NCBI RefSeq assembly: GCF_016432865.1
Contig: NC_067401.1
Coordinates: forward strand, 190,340,001 to 190,404,000
DNA: 64,000 nucleotides
Direction: 5' to 3'
Origin: Antechinus flavipes
Taxonomy: Eukaryota
The notes under the pieces were generated by a model. That model had not been told where the DNA came from. It made no database searches and saw only the letters and a program-made list of their open reading frames with translations. Position numbers and translations under genes: made by a program. Numbering within the stretch: position 1 is the stretch's first letter; each line of letters starts with the position of its first letter. This document shows, piece by piece, positions 1-20,868 of this stretch.

Positions 1-91
1 AAAAATGAATGAGATACCATCCCCATTCTAATGGCCCTCAGCATGGTAAATTAAGATTGGACTCACCTATTCTTTCTTTGATTCCACTTAC

Positions 92-925
92 CTTCAATTT
101 CCCCTCCAGAGTCCGTGATCGCTTGAAGCCAGAATTTTTGGTTTCAGCTTTAATGGCACTAATGGCTCCTGATTTTACCAGCTGTTTAGCCTGCTCTGTT
201 GCTGTGGCTGTGTCTACCACAGGTTGCTCTGATAGAGCTAATTAAGGAAAAACACAGAAAGTATTAAGTGGAAATAATAATCTTGTCTAACTTGTGGGAG
301 AAGTCCTTTTAGGTCCCAATTCTTTTTTCCAGTATACTGCTGGAATTCCAACCAAAATCCATCTCCCCTCCTCCACTTCTCTCATCCCTTGTAATAACAG
401 CACTTAACCCATTAATAACAGCACTTAACCCATTACTCACAGCGTTTGATGCCCCCCTGGCTGGCTGTGCTACTATTACTTTGCTTCTTAAGAGCCAATA
501 ATGCTTTTTTCTAGAGAGGATAGGGAAATAAAAAAGAAAAAGGAGTTAATGGAGGCTTTTTCTCACTTTAAGATTTTATGATCTCTTATTTGGAGAATTT
601 CTCATAAATTTCACTTAAAGTAATTTCTGATAAGAACTACTAAAATCACAATGTCTTGTGGTTGGGCAAGGTGACATAAGGTGATACTGGGTTCACAAGT
701 CATACGTATACCAAGGGTGTTGTTGCTTATCAAGAGGTACCAAATTTAATGGTGGTGGGAAGATGGTTATTCTTACAGTAATGAGCCCAAGAAAAGAGTT
801 TGGGATACAAGCCTATGCTTTTCTTCTGTTCACTCTGCTTGTTTGCTTACCTTTTTCTTGAGTTTGCTGAATTTCTTCTGCAAAGTTTCTTCCTCCTCAC
901 TCAGTCCTGGGGGCAGCACCAACAT
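92..925 (-). CDS. NELFE: Negative elongation factor E (RD protein), first three coding exons; the gene continues off the left edge of the window
   Basis: Minus-strand exons 851-925 (MLVLPPGLSEEEETLQKKFSKLKKK), 441-510 (KKALLALKKQSNSSTASQGGIKR) and 92-237 (LSEQPVVDTATATEQAKQLVKSGAISAIKAETKNSGFKRSRTLEGKLK). All have GT-AG boundaries and match the mammalian NELF-E N-terminus. Confidence 0.96.
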
Positions 926-1899
926 GTCAGCTCCCAGTTCTGAGCCAGGTCTGGCTCTCCAGAGACGCAACTGGAAAGCAAAACAACATATCCAAGGGAA
1001 GTATCTTTTATCCATCGATGGATACCACAACCTTAGGGCCTATGGTATCTGAGACATATCCATTAACCATGGCCTGCTCTGTCCTCTCTTTGTGGCTTTC
1101 ATGCGTGCCATCCCTGGACTCCAAAGGAGAGAACCCTGGGACAGCCAAGTCATAGAGTCCCAAAACAAAGAACTTCGAAGGCCACCTGCTCTGACTCTCA
1201 TCTACTCTAGATGTGATGAAACAGATTCTCAAAAGAGAAGTGGCTTGTTTGAGGTGGCAAAGCCACAGGACTAGGACCCAAGTTATGTTTGAATTCCAGC
1301 ACAAAATCATTTTGGAGGAGGACGCTCTTCAGTTAGAATGTAAGCGATATGATGTTGCCCTAGAGATTTAAAAAAATCTCTTTTTTGCCTCCATCTTCCT
1401 CCCCCTATTCTTAGTTGGTAGGGCATTCTCAAGGCAAATCAACTTATTAAGAGCTTACTATGAGCCAGGAACTGTGTTAAACGTCGGGAGTACGACGAAT
1501 AGCAAAAACTTTTCCTGCCCTCAAGGGGCGTGAGTTTATTAGGTGAAACAATATACAAATGCTCTCTCCTGGAATATCCCCAACCCTCACGTACATCGTT
1601 ACTATGGCAACAGTGCTCGAACTCGGGCCACTCGAAGGTGGTGATCATAGCAACAACAGGGGTTTCCGAACGTCCGGGGTTCGAGCTGGAATTCCCGCCA
1701 TGTCACCATAGCAACGAGAAAGGAAGACATAAAGAGCCGTAGGCCGAAGAGATGGAGAGAGGGAGGGTTCTCACCAGAAAAGGGAGACGTTATCTCCTTT
1801 ACACGGTCCACCGCAGCAATTCCCTCTGCCCTCTCGGGAAGACCAGACGGGCGCAGAGTGATGACGTTTAGGGGAGGGATCTGGAACTGGTAGGCTCTG

Positions 1900-2143
1900 T
1901 AACCTAGGCGGCCGGAGGGGAAGGCACTTCCCTTTAGGCCTTGCGCCATTTCCGGCACTGTTTCTTTTCTACACTCTTCCCCACTACCTGCCTTGTTTCT
2001 CGGCCTGAAGCCATTTCCGCCCTTCTCTCTTATGACGTCAATCACGCAGGACGCGGCAACTTCCGCCATGCCAGGGGCGGGACTTCCAGAGCTTCGGTCT
2101 TCTAAGCACTTCCGGCTTCGCGAAGACTGTGGGAAGCTGCGTT
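1900..2143. promoter_or_regulatory. CpG-rich bidirectional promoter shared by NELFE and SKIV2L
   Basis: Head-to-head genes with high CpG density. Perfect CRE TGACGTCA at 2033-2040, several ETS cores (TTCCGG/TTCCGC, e.g. ACTTCCGG 2108-2115), a GC box GGGGCGGG near 2074 and a YY1-like CGCCATTT near 1944. Confidence 0.75.
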
Positions 2144-12704
<10,561 letters not shown>

Positions 12705-12791
12705 CCCTTCTGTAGTTCATACCCTACTGGTTTCTCCATGGTTCTTTACCAAAGAACGGGCCATGGAAGAACCAATTTCTTTTTAAAAATT

Positions 12792-12797
12792 AATAAA
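12792..12797 (+). terminator. SKIV2L polyadenylation signal
   Basis: AATAAA 88 nt after the TGA. Confidence 0.75.
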
Positions 12798-12904
12798 GCA
12801 GCAAAGCATGCTAATGTGTATTAGCCTGGGGGTAGAGTGTTTCTTTCTGAATTGGCAATCTGCCAAGGGGAAACAAAAATAAGCACCAGATAGTTAAGAA
12901 TGCT

Positions 12905-12910
12905 TTTATT
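12905..12910 (-). terminator. DXO polyadenylation signal
   Basis: TTTATT on + (AATAAA on -), 72 nt past the DXO stop. Confidence 0.7.
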
Positions 12911-12981
12911 TTGTGTGTGTAGGAAGGAGGGACCAGCCTCTTTTTGATCAATCCCCTGGAGAAATTAGTCCCCTGGGCTAC

Positions 12982-14984
12982 TTAGGAGGTCTTAGGAGGT
13001 GAAGGGAATTCTTTGGTCACAGCATCCACATACCAGGTAGGCAGAAAGGCATAGGGAGCATCATAATGAACAGACACAGTAACAGGGCCACCTGGCTCCC
13101 AGGAGAAGAGGTAAACAAGCCTGTCAGAGCAGAAGATAAGTAAGAACTGGGTATTCACAGGCCTAGGTCGTAAGAGAGAAGTAAAACTAGACACCTCACC
13201 TGGGGTCATCTTGAGTGACTGTGCTTTGGACAAAGCTGAGGAAAGCAGCACAAAAGTTCATACATACAGATGGATTCCAACCTTCTCGGTCATTCTGAGG
13301 ACAGAGATAAGTGGATAGGAGCTTAGTGTGAGACTAGAGGACCTCGCAAGTCCTGCAGTAAAAAAAAAAAAAAGCTGAGGGGCAGTATAAAGTCACCTAT
13401 CATTACCCTGATGAGTTCAAACATTTCCATGGTGGGAAAGGTTCTGAGTGATCGGACAGCACCTGCAGGATCCCGGAAGCCAGCAACTACACGTGGAACC
13501 CCAAGAAGGAATGACTGAGCCCACCACTTCAAGAGTTTGTGTCTGTGAGGCATGAGATAAAAGATCACTAGAGACTTCACCAAACAGGGACTATTTGGTT
13601 CCCTAACTTTATTTTGGTTTTGTTATCAATTCAGCTGTGTTGCTCTTACCGGTAGAAGCTCCTCCATTGGCCAGGGCTGTGCATTTCTTTTGAGGTCTTG
13701 AGCTCTACATAGCAGGCAGGTGGCTGTGTAGATGGAGCTTTAGGGTCTGTGCAGTCTACCTCTCCAGAGAAGAGCAGGTGATGGGTTCCTAATTGACTTT
13801 GTAACACTGAGCAGAATGCCACATTAGTATTGACCTCTCCAGAATGATCAGGAGAGCCCCCTGGTGTGTCTGTAGGAGGGAAAAGAGGATGTTACAACAG
13901 GAAAAGCTACAGGAGAAAAAGCTCTTAAGATCAGATCTGGATTAAAAAAAAAATCATAGTACTAGTTTACATCCATATCAAAACTCTCACCTGCACACAT
14001 GTACTGTTCAAACTTGTACCCCATGTACATGAGTTCCCGAAGGAATGGAGGACGAGCCAGTCTCTGTGCCCTAGCAGCAGGTGTTTCCACCTCACTCAGG
14101 TAAAGAGTACCGAGAAGGCGTGAAGCTGCAAGCTGCCAACCTTCTTGACGTTCATAAGGTGTTGTCAACAGCTTTGTTAAATGCCCTCGCCATGTCACCA
14201 CAGCCCCTGCCAACCAGGCTGGGCCCCTGTGAAGGGGTGAAGACGTGTTGACACTCAATTTAGGGGAAAACTGATCAGAGAAGATGAATCCATTCTAAAA
14301 AGGTGAAGATCCATGTATTCTCTCCCCCACAAAAATGGCCAGAGAAGTATTAAGGAATGCCATTTCAAGGTAACCAGGAAGAATAAGGCCAAAAGAAACG
14401 AGGCAAAGTAAGAATGTATTCTGGACTTATGTTTCAGGCTCTATCTTTATTCTATGGATCTTGGAAAACTTCTGGTTTCAAATCCTTCATTTTACAGGTA
14501 AGGCAACTAGCTACAACCTGGAATGTCATGTAACTTGCCCACAATAACAATCTAAGGACGGTGACTCAGACTTAGTGCCTGGTTTCCTGATTTTCAGGGG
14601 GAGATGGCCTCTGTGTATTCACCCTTCCAGCTGCCCTCGGTGCTCCAGGAGCCAGCGAAGTAGGTGATCCAGCCCCTCTTTGATCTCCTCATTTCGGGGC
14701 CGGTAGCGCTCGGGGTAGCCTTCCCGGAGGTCGAAGTCAGGGGCAGAACTGTGGATTGGGGGAGGAGCAAAGTAACGCAATGCCCGAGAGTCTCCGTGGT
14801 AGCGGCGCTCGGCATCCAGGGAGAAGGAGCCCAATTCCGAGGGGCGACGGTAGAACGGGAAGGAGCCCACGTAGAGGGAGGCATCGGTGGGCAGTGAAGG
14901 GGCATGGCGGGTACGTTTGGTAGGGCCCTCTGTCCCCCCATCTTTCATTTCTCCAGCTCCTCGCTTAGCACTCGGAGACTCCAT
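12982..14984 (-). CDS. DXO: Decapping exoribonuclease DXO (DOM3Z), 6 coding exons, 395 aa
   Basis: Minus-strand exons 14623-14984, 13991-14226, 13650-13869, 13407-13542, 13200-13294, 12982-13120 (1188 nt). Includes SLPTD..FPFYRRPSELG, TWRGHLTKLLTTPYE, GYKFEQYM, SGEVD, ELKTS and KLLKWWAQSFL. A probable 5'UTR exon has its donor near 15635. Confidence 0.97.
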
Positions 14985-15639
14985 TGGCTCCTGCAGGGGC
15001 AAAGAGGAGAGCTCTTCCCCCACCACACAAACACACACACTCAAGCCTGAGTGAGAAGGCAGACACCCACTAGACACCCACACCTGCACATCCAAGGAGA
15101 GTAAAGGGGACCGGCCCTTTTCTTTCCTCCTCCCCTCTACCTTTTCTCTTGCACACTTCCAACTTTGGGAGATATTTAGTGAACTTTCCCTCAGTCTTGC
15201 TCTAATTTTCCTCCCCATCTCCTGGAGTCTTAAGGTCTTGGCCCATCTGGACTTCTGGGATCCTCGATTCTGATTTCTGACCCCCTTTGCTCCTGCCCTG
15301 TACTCCCCTCCACCGCCCCACCTCTTACCACCCCCCACACGTCCAGTGTTTCCCCTCCAGGTTGTTGCAGGGTCTAAGGGAGACCAGCTTTCTTTCGGGG
15401 CGGGGGTGGAGGGCAGGGGAATTGTGCCGTGTCTATATTCTCTTCCCACCCCCTCCATGGGTTTGTGTGACACGGTAGTACCGTAAGCGCCCAAAGTGGG
15501 GAATGTGTCTTTTCTTCATCTGTGCATGATACAATCAGGAAGCGACAGCTACGGAATTGCCCAAGATCTCTCGTCAAGGGGCGCTAGGCAGTTCCCGAAT
15601 TACAGGAGGAGCGGTAATTGGAATAGTCACTCACCTTGA

Positions 15640-15902
15640 GGTCCTTACATGCCTATTCTCCACTCGTGTTACCTAGCCGGAGAGCTCGCTGATTTTGACG
15701 TCATCTCCCCGCGACCGGGCCTCTTCCTGTGCCGGGTTCACCTCCCGGAACGCCCCTTCATTTACCCCGAAGATCCAACTCCAAGTCCCTTTCCCCTTTC
15801 TTCCTTTCCCCTTCCCGCTTCTCCTTCCCCGGGCTCTCGTCACTGGTCCTTCCCCGCTTTTTCTGTACTCACAAACCCTCCAAGAGTCAGAGGTCCCGGG
15901 CC
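15640..15902. promoter_or_regulatory. CpG-rich bidirectional promoter shared by DXO and STK19
   Basis: Head-to-head arrangement, CpG-rich, perfect CRE TGACGTCA at 15696-15703 and ETS cores (CCGGAA). Confidence 0.7.
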
Positions 15903-17423
15903 ATGAGCCGGAAGCGGCCCCGGCTTGTCCCGGAGACCTTCGGGTCTAAGAGGCAACAAGGACCAGGAGAGGCCGGTGAGGAATTCCCGAAGGGCGAGTC
16001 AGGTAACACGGGAGGGAGAGCAGAGGGAGCTCTGCGGGAGCCCCGGGACGGCCCTTAGGGCTGGCGCCCAGAGAGAAAAGGGTCCAAGCCCCTGACTAGA
16101 CCCCTTCCCTAGGGTCGGTGCGCAGGGCCCTTCGCGAACTGGGCGAATTGTTCCCCAGGCGGCTCTTCCAGGACGCACTGCCTCCCATCGCCCTCAAGAG
16201 CCAGGTGTACAGCCTCGTGCCAGACCGGACCGTCGCCGACAGGCAGCTGGTGAGAGGCACCAGGATGGGCAACCGATGAGGGAGGGATCAGGAGACAGGG
16301 CCCAACAACTAGTCAGAAAGGACCAGGGGCTCTGAGGGGGGTACCGTGAAGGGGACTAAGGAGCTGGGGGCCGGGTAGCTGGGAAGGGGATCAGGGAAGG
16401 GGCAGCTAATAAGGAGGACCGAAGGATCAAACTGGTGTCTGGTCAAGAGGAGGGAAGGCCTGACAGCTCATGAGGGCGACCAAGGGACCAAGGGAGTAGG
16501 AGTCAGGGGTAAGGCAGCTGGCTGAGGGGGAACCAATGAATGGGTCAGAGGCTGGGGAACTGGTGAGGGGGATTTGGGGACGTGGGGAAGGGCATTGGCC
16601 CCAGCACCATCAGCAGCGGCTCTTGAAGAGAAACCAGAACCAATGGATACACCGATTTGGGAGGAGGGGGAGGGACAGGCAAATAGAAAAATAGTTGGAG
16701 ATAGAAGTAGCAAAACTGTCAGGTTGTTGTGTGAGTAAAAGAGAAAGATACTATATGGTGATGTCATATAGCCAGCCAACTAGTAAGAAGTATTGAGTGG
16801 ATAGTTGGTGAAGTGAAACTTAATTTTTTTGATTTTTTTTTTTAATTGTCAAACTAGTAGACACTTCCTAGTTTCTACTAACCTTTTACTACACAGATGG
16901 TGTTTGGTTTTTCCTACATTGAGAGAGACATCAGAAAAAAAAACTGGCCTTTACCCCATTCCCCTTTTATCCCAGACTCTATCTTCCACCTTATAAACTT
17001 ATTCTCACTCTCCCCAAGCATAGCGGTTTTGATATGTCTTATTTTCCATCTCTCCTGAGACAGAGAGAACTTCGGGAACAAGGGGAGATTCGAGTCATTC
17101 AACTTGGCTTTGATTGTGATGCTCAAGGGATTGTCTTCACTGAAGATTTTAAGGCCAAAGTATGTATATATGTGTGTATATAGGGTAATGGAACTAGAGA
17201 TTGGGGAAATGTTGAGGTCTAGTAAGACTAATGGAAAGATATTAAGGAAGGAGGCAAAAAAAGCATTTTGTGTGTTAATAAACATTAAGTTCTTACTATG
17301 TGCCAGGCATTTTGGATACAAAAAGATAGTTCCTGCCCCCTAGAAGCTTACAGTCTGACAAGGAAGACAATAAGCAAATAGCTTTGTACAAAACATGCTG
17401 TATGCAGGATAAAAGAGGAAGTA

Positions 17424-17474
<51 letters not shown>

Positions 17475-19244
17475 GAATTGGAGAAGATGCTATGAAAAGA
17501 AATGGGGTGGGAAGGGAAGGAGGGATTTTGGTGGAAGGCCACATTGGAGTTTGGTTGCCTTTTCCCTCTTGTTTCTTCTTCAGGCCCTGGAATCTTGCAG
17601 GGGCTGCCCATTTGAAGGGACAGTGCAGAAGTTTCTAGCCCTGGTACTTCCAGCCTGTGGAGACCTCAGCTTTCAACAGAATCAGATGATCCAAACCTTT
17701 GGTTTTAGGGACTGTGAGATAACGTGAGTGTTGGCAGCATAAAACCCATCAGTTGATGACTACATCTATGATCTTATTATAATCTTTTCCCTTACTCTTT
17801 TTTAACTCTCCTCCTAATATTCTTTTCCTGGCAGTGATGCTTTCTCTCCCATCCTTGCTCATGGGGTTATCTGGGAAGGTTGAGAGTTATATGTATCTCA
17901 TTCGAATGTGGGATTTCTCAAAATTGAATTTCATCACTTAAAAAAAAAACCCTAAAAGATACATCAAGTTTTTATAACAGCGACTTACCCTTAGTTTTAT
18001 CTTTATATTACCAAACTGGTATTGGAACAGTACAAACTTGGTTATTTCCTTTTCCTTATAACATAGTAGAGAAAGAGATCAACTTTTGTTCTTCTAGAAA
18101 GAGGACTTAAACAATGAAAAAGTATGCTGTTCATATCCCCCCATGACATTGACTGAATTTTTCTTTTTCTCTCACTGCAAAGGGAACCCAGGCAAATTAC
18201 ATTCCCTCTTTCCTTAAGGTAGGAATTAAGGAGCTAAGGTAGAAATTAAGGGATTAAGAAGGATGATTTCTAGAGGTCAAATTGTCACTTCCTTTCCACT
18301 CCCATCCTAGGCAGCTGGTAAATGCTGGAATCCTCACAGTCCGAGATGCTGGGAGCTGGTGGCTGTCAGTGCCAGGAGCTGGAAGATTTGTAAAATATTT
18401 TGTTAAAGGTGCTGGTTTCTCTTTCCTTTCTCTAATTATTCCAAAAGTGTAAATCACAGTTGTCCTTTGTCACCTCCGCCCCAACTAAGGATACTTAGAA
18501 GAGAGCTCAGTGATCATATCCATTGTCTTGTGTGTCTTACATGTGCTACAGTCCCTGCTTTTGTGACTTACTCTGATCTGCTCTTTTTCTTCTAGGGCGA
18601 CGGGCAGTACTTGGAATGGTTCGAAAGTCCAAGTATCGGGAGCTGTCCCTTTCTGAGCTTCTAGGCAGACAGGCTCCTCTGTCTGTGAGGCTTGGTCTTC
18701 CCTATCATGTACACGATCTAATTGGAGGACAGTTGCTTGACATGTAAAGATCTATCTTAACTTATTCCCTTTCTTCCTCCTGCCAAATGTTAAATCATCT
18801 AAGACTGGAGCTTTACCTTATCTTGATGATCTACAGGACTTGCTTTTTGATTGCCCACCCCAGTTTTCTGTAAACATGGAGACTCTTAATTCTTCCTATT
18901 CCTTACCTTTGTCTCCTACCCCACCCACCTTCCTTTTCCCACTTCTAGCTAGGCAGCACAGTGAATAGAGTACTATGCTTTGGATTCATGAAGACCCGAG
19001 TTCAGATTCTGTTTCACTTACTAGTTATGGGATAATGAGAAGTCATTTATCTCTGTCTTCTTCAGTTTCTTTAGCTTAAAATGCATCACAGGATTGTTTT
19101 AAGGATCAAATGAGGTGATAATTGTAAAGTGTTTAGTATAGTGCCAGTCATATAGTAGACATTGTATAAATCTTATTTGCTTTTCTCTTTCCCTACAGTG
19201 TCCCTACCACATCTGGGACTCTTCTTCGCCTGCCTGAAACATAA
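15903..19244 (+). CDS. STK19: STK19 / WHR1 (RP1), winged-helix DNA-binding transcription-coupled repair factor, 7 coding exons, 245 aa
   Basis: Exons 15903-15975, 16113-16249, 17064-17159, 17584-17723, 18311-18408, 18596-18743, 19199-19244 (738 nt). Translates MSRKRPRLVPETFG..., LPPIALKSQVYSLVPDRTVADRQL, VRDAGSWWLSVPGAGRF, YHVHDLIG, TTSGTLLRLPET*. Confidence 0.95.
17426..17470. repeat. (GT)n microsatellite in STK19 intron 3
   Basis: Uninterrupted GT dinucleotide run. Confidence 0.95.
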
Positions 19245-19530
19245 AGATTCTGGTTATATCTCTTCCCACTTCATCTGTTGGACTAGGGAATGAAATAAGG
19301 TGTAGATATAACCTGCAATACAAGATGTCACTGTTGACGTAACACAGATGGAAATAGCATTTCCAGAGGAGTCTTCCCTCAAAAGGTCTGGAGTTGAGAC
19401 TACTCTTTGGCTCTCTGGGTTGGTGGGACAGATATAATCATTGTTGTTTATATTTTGGGGGTGGGGACGATCCTTGCCCAGCTCTGCCAAGGAGGAAGAT
19501 CAGAAACTATGTCAATGTTTTGGTTATTGC

Positions 19531-19534
<4 letters not shown>

Positions 19535-19575
<41 letters not shown>
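19535..19575. repeat. (CA)n microsatellite downstream of the STK19 stop
   Basis: Uninterrupted CA run. Confidence 0.95.
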
Positions 19576-19580
<5 letters not shown>

Positions 19581-19671
19581 TATAATAGATGGGGTAGATG
19601 CAGAGAGGATGGAATTCTCTCTTTTGCTTTTCAAATCACCAAATAAATTATTGTTTTTTCTGTGATGTTTT

Positions 19672-20325
19672 CTTTTTAATTAAAAATATTTGGGGTGTGT
19701 GTGTGTAAGATTTTGAATTATAAATTTTTCTCCTCTTCCTTCTCTTAACTCCTACTTCCTCAAGACAGCAAGCAATCTAACTTATTATACATGTATAGTC
19801 ATTTTAAACATTTCCATATTAGTCATGTTGTGAAAGAAAAATCTTAACAGAAGGGAAAAAACCACTAGGGAAAAAAAAAAGAAATTATTCAGTCTCCATT
19901 GTTTTTTTATTTCTCATCCTAAGTCTATTGGAGTTGTCTTAGATCGTTACATTGCTGAGAAGAGCCAAATCTATCATAGTTGACCATCACACAATCTTGC
20001 TGTTATTATGTATATAGGGTTCTGATTCTGCTCACTTCATTCAGCATCAGTTCATGTAAGTTTTTCCAGGTTTTTCCAAAATCAGCCTGCTCGTTATTTC
20101 CTGTGAATGGAATGAAATACAATGGTATTCCATTTCATTTATATAACACAACTTATTCAGCTATTTCCCAACTGATGGGCATTCACTCAATTTCTAATTT
20201 CTTGCATTACAAAAAAAGCTGCTACAAACATTTTTGTAAGAGTAGATTCTTTTCCCTTTTGCTTTCTTTGGGCTACAGATCCAGTAGAAGCACTGCTGGA
20301 TCAAAGGATATGCACAATTTTATAT
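19672..20325 (-). mobile_element. Old LINE-1 3' fragment (ORF2 C-terminus plus 3'UTR) between STK19 and the C4 promoter
   Basis: Shares cccaactgatgggca...tagaagcactgctggatcaaag with the ORF2 C-terminal L1 at 51412-52211, plus a T-rich 3'UTR end. Confidence 0.75.
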
Positions 20326-20709
20326 GTGCTGTTTTAAGGCCTCATTTAAATGCAATATGTCTATTTGGCGTTCAGTTATGGGGATGGGTAAGGATAACTC
20401 TATGTCCCCCTCCATAACAATTCATATGGGAGAGAGGTTAAAGACTGGAAAGGAGTCTTCTATAGGAATTACTGTGATTTCACTGAAAACCTACTCAATC
20501 CTTGGAATTTGTTAAAATAATATCTGAATGTCACGTGTTAAGTGGGAGTGAAGGTTGTGGAGGGGAGACATACATATTCTCACTTCACCTGAATAAATAT
20601 CAAGATTGGGGATATACTTAAGAAAAACCATTTTGTTTCAGAAAGACCTATATTAATGGGATCCAATATTTCCTCAGAGGGGCCCAGGTTTCCAGTACTT
20701 TCAGTACTG

Positions 20710-20868
20710 GGCTTTGGGCCAGTTGCATTTCTTAATTGTCACGTGTTTTCCCAGCTAAACCAGAGCAGGGGTGGAGCAAAGTGCAAAGTTATTTTTCCTG
20801 GACCCTGGGACAGTCAGCAAGGAGTAGATGGACAGCTGGGACTGACCATCCCTGTAGTCCTCCCAACC
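20710..20868 (+). promoter_or_regulatory. TATA-less C4 promoter with NF1-like, E-box and GT-box elements
   Basis: ttgggccagttgca at ~20714-20727, CACGTG at 20740-20745 in GTCACGTGTTTTCCCAGC, and GGGGTGG at 20768-20774. This is the same order as described for the human C4 promoter. Confidence 0.7.

Noticed and set aside
238-440. Possible orthologue of the human NELFE intronic mirtron miR-1236
   Set aside because: The intron is 203 nt and its 5' and 3' ends show no complementary hairpin or similarity to the human mirtron as I recall it. There is no support for a miRNA here.
14985-15494. Long N-terminal part of the 291 aa ORF 14619-15494(-) as a DXO extension
   Set aside because: A strong acceptor (ctctttgcccctgcag) lies just upstream of the conserved ATG at 14984. 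The upstream frame is low-complexity intron sequence.
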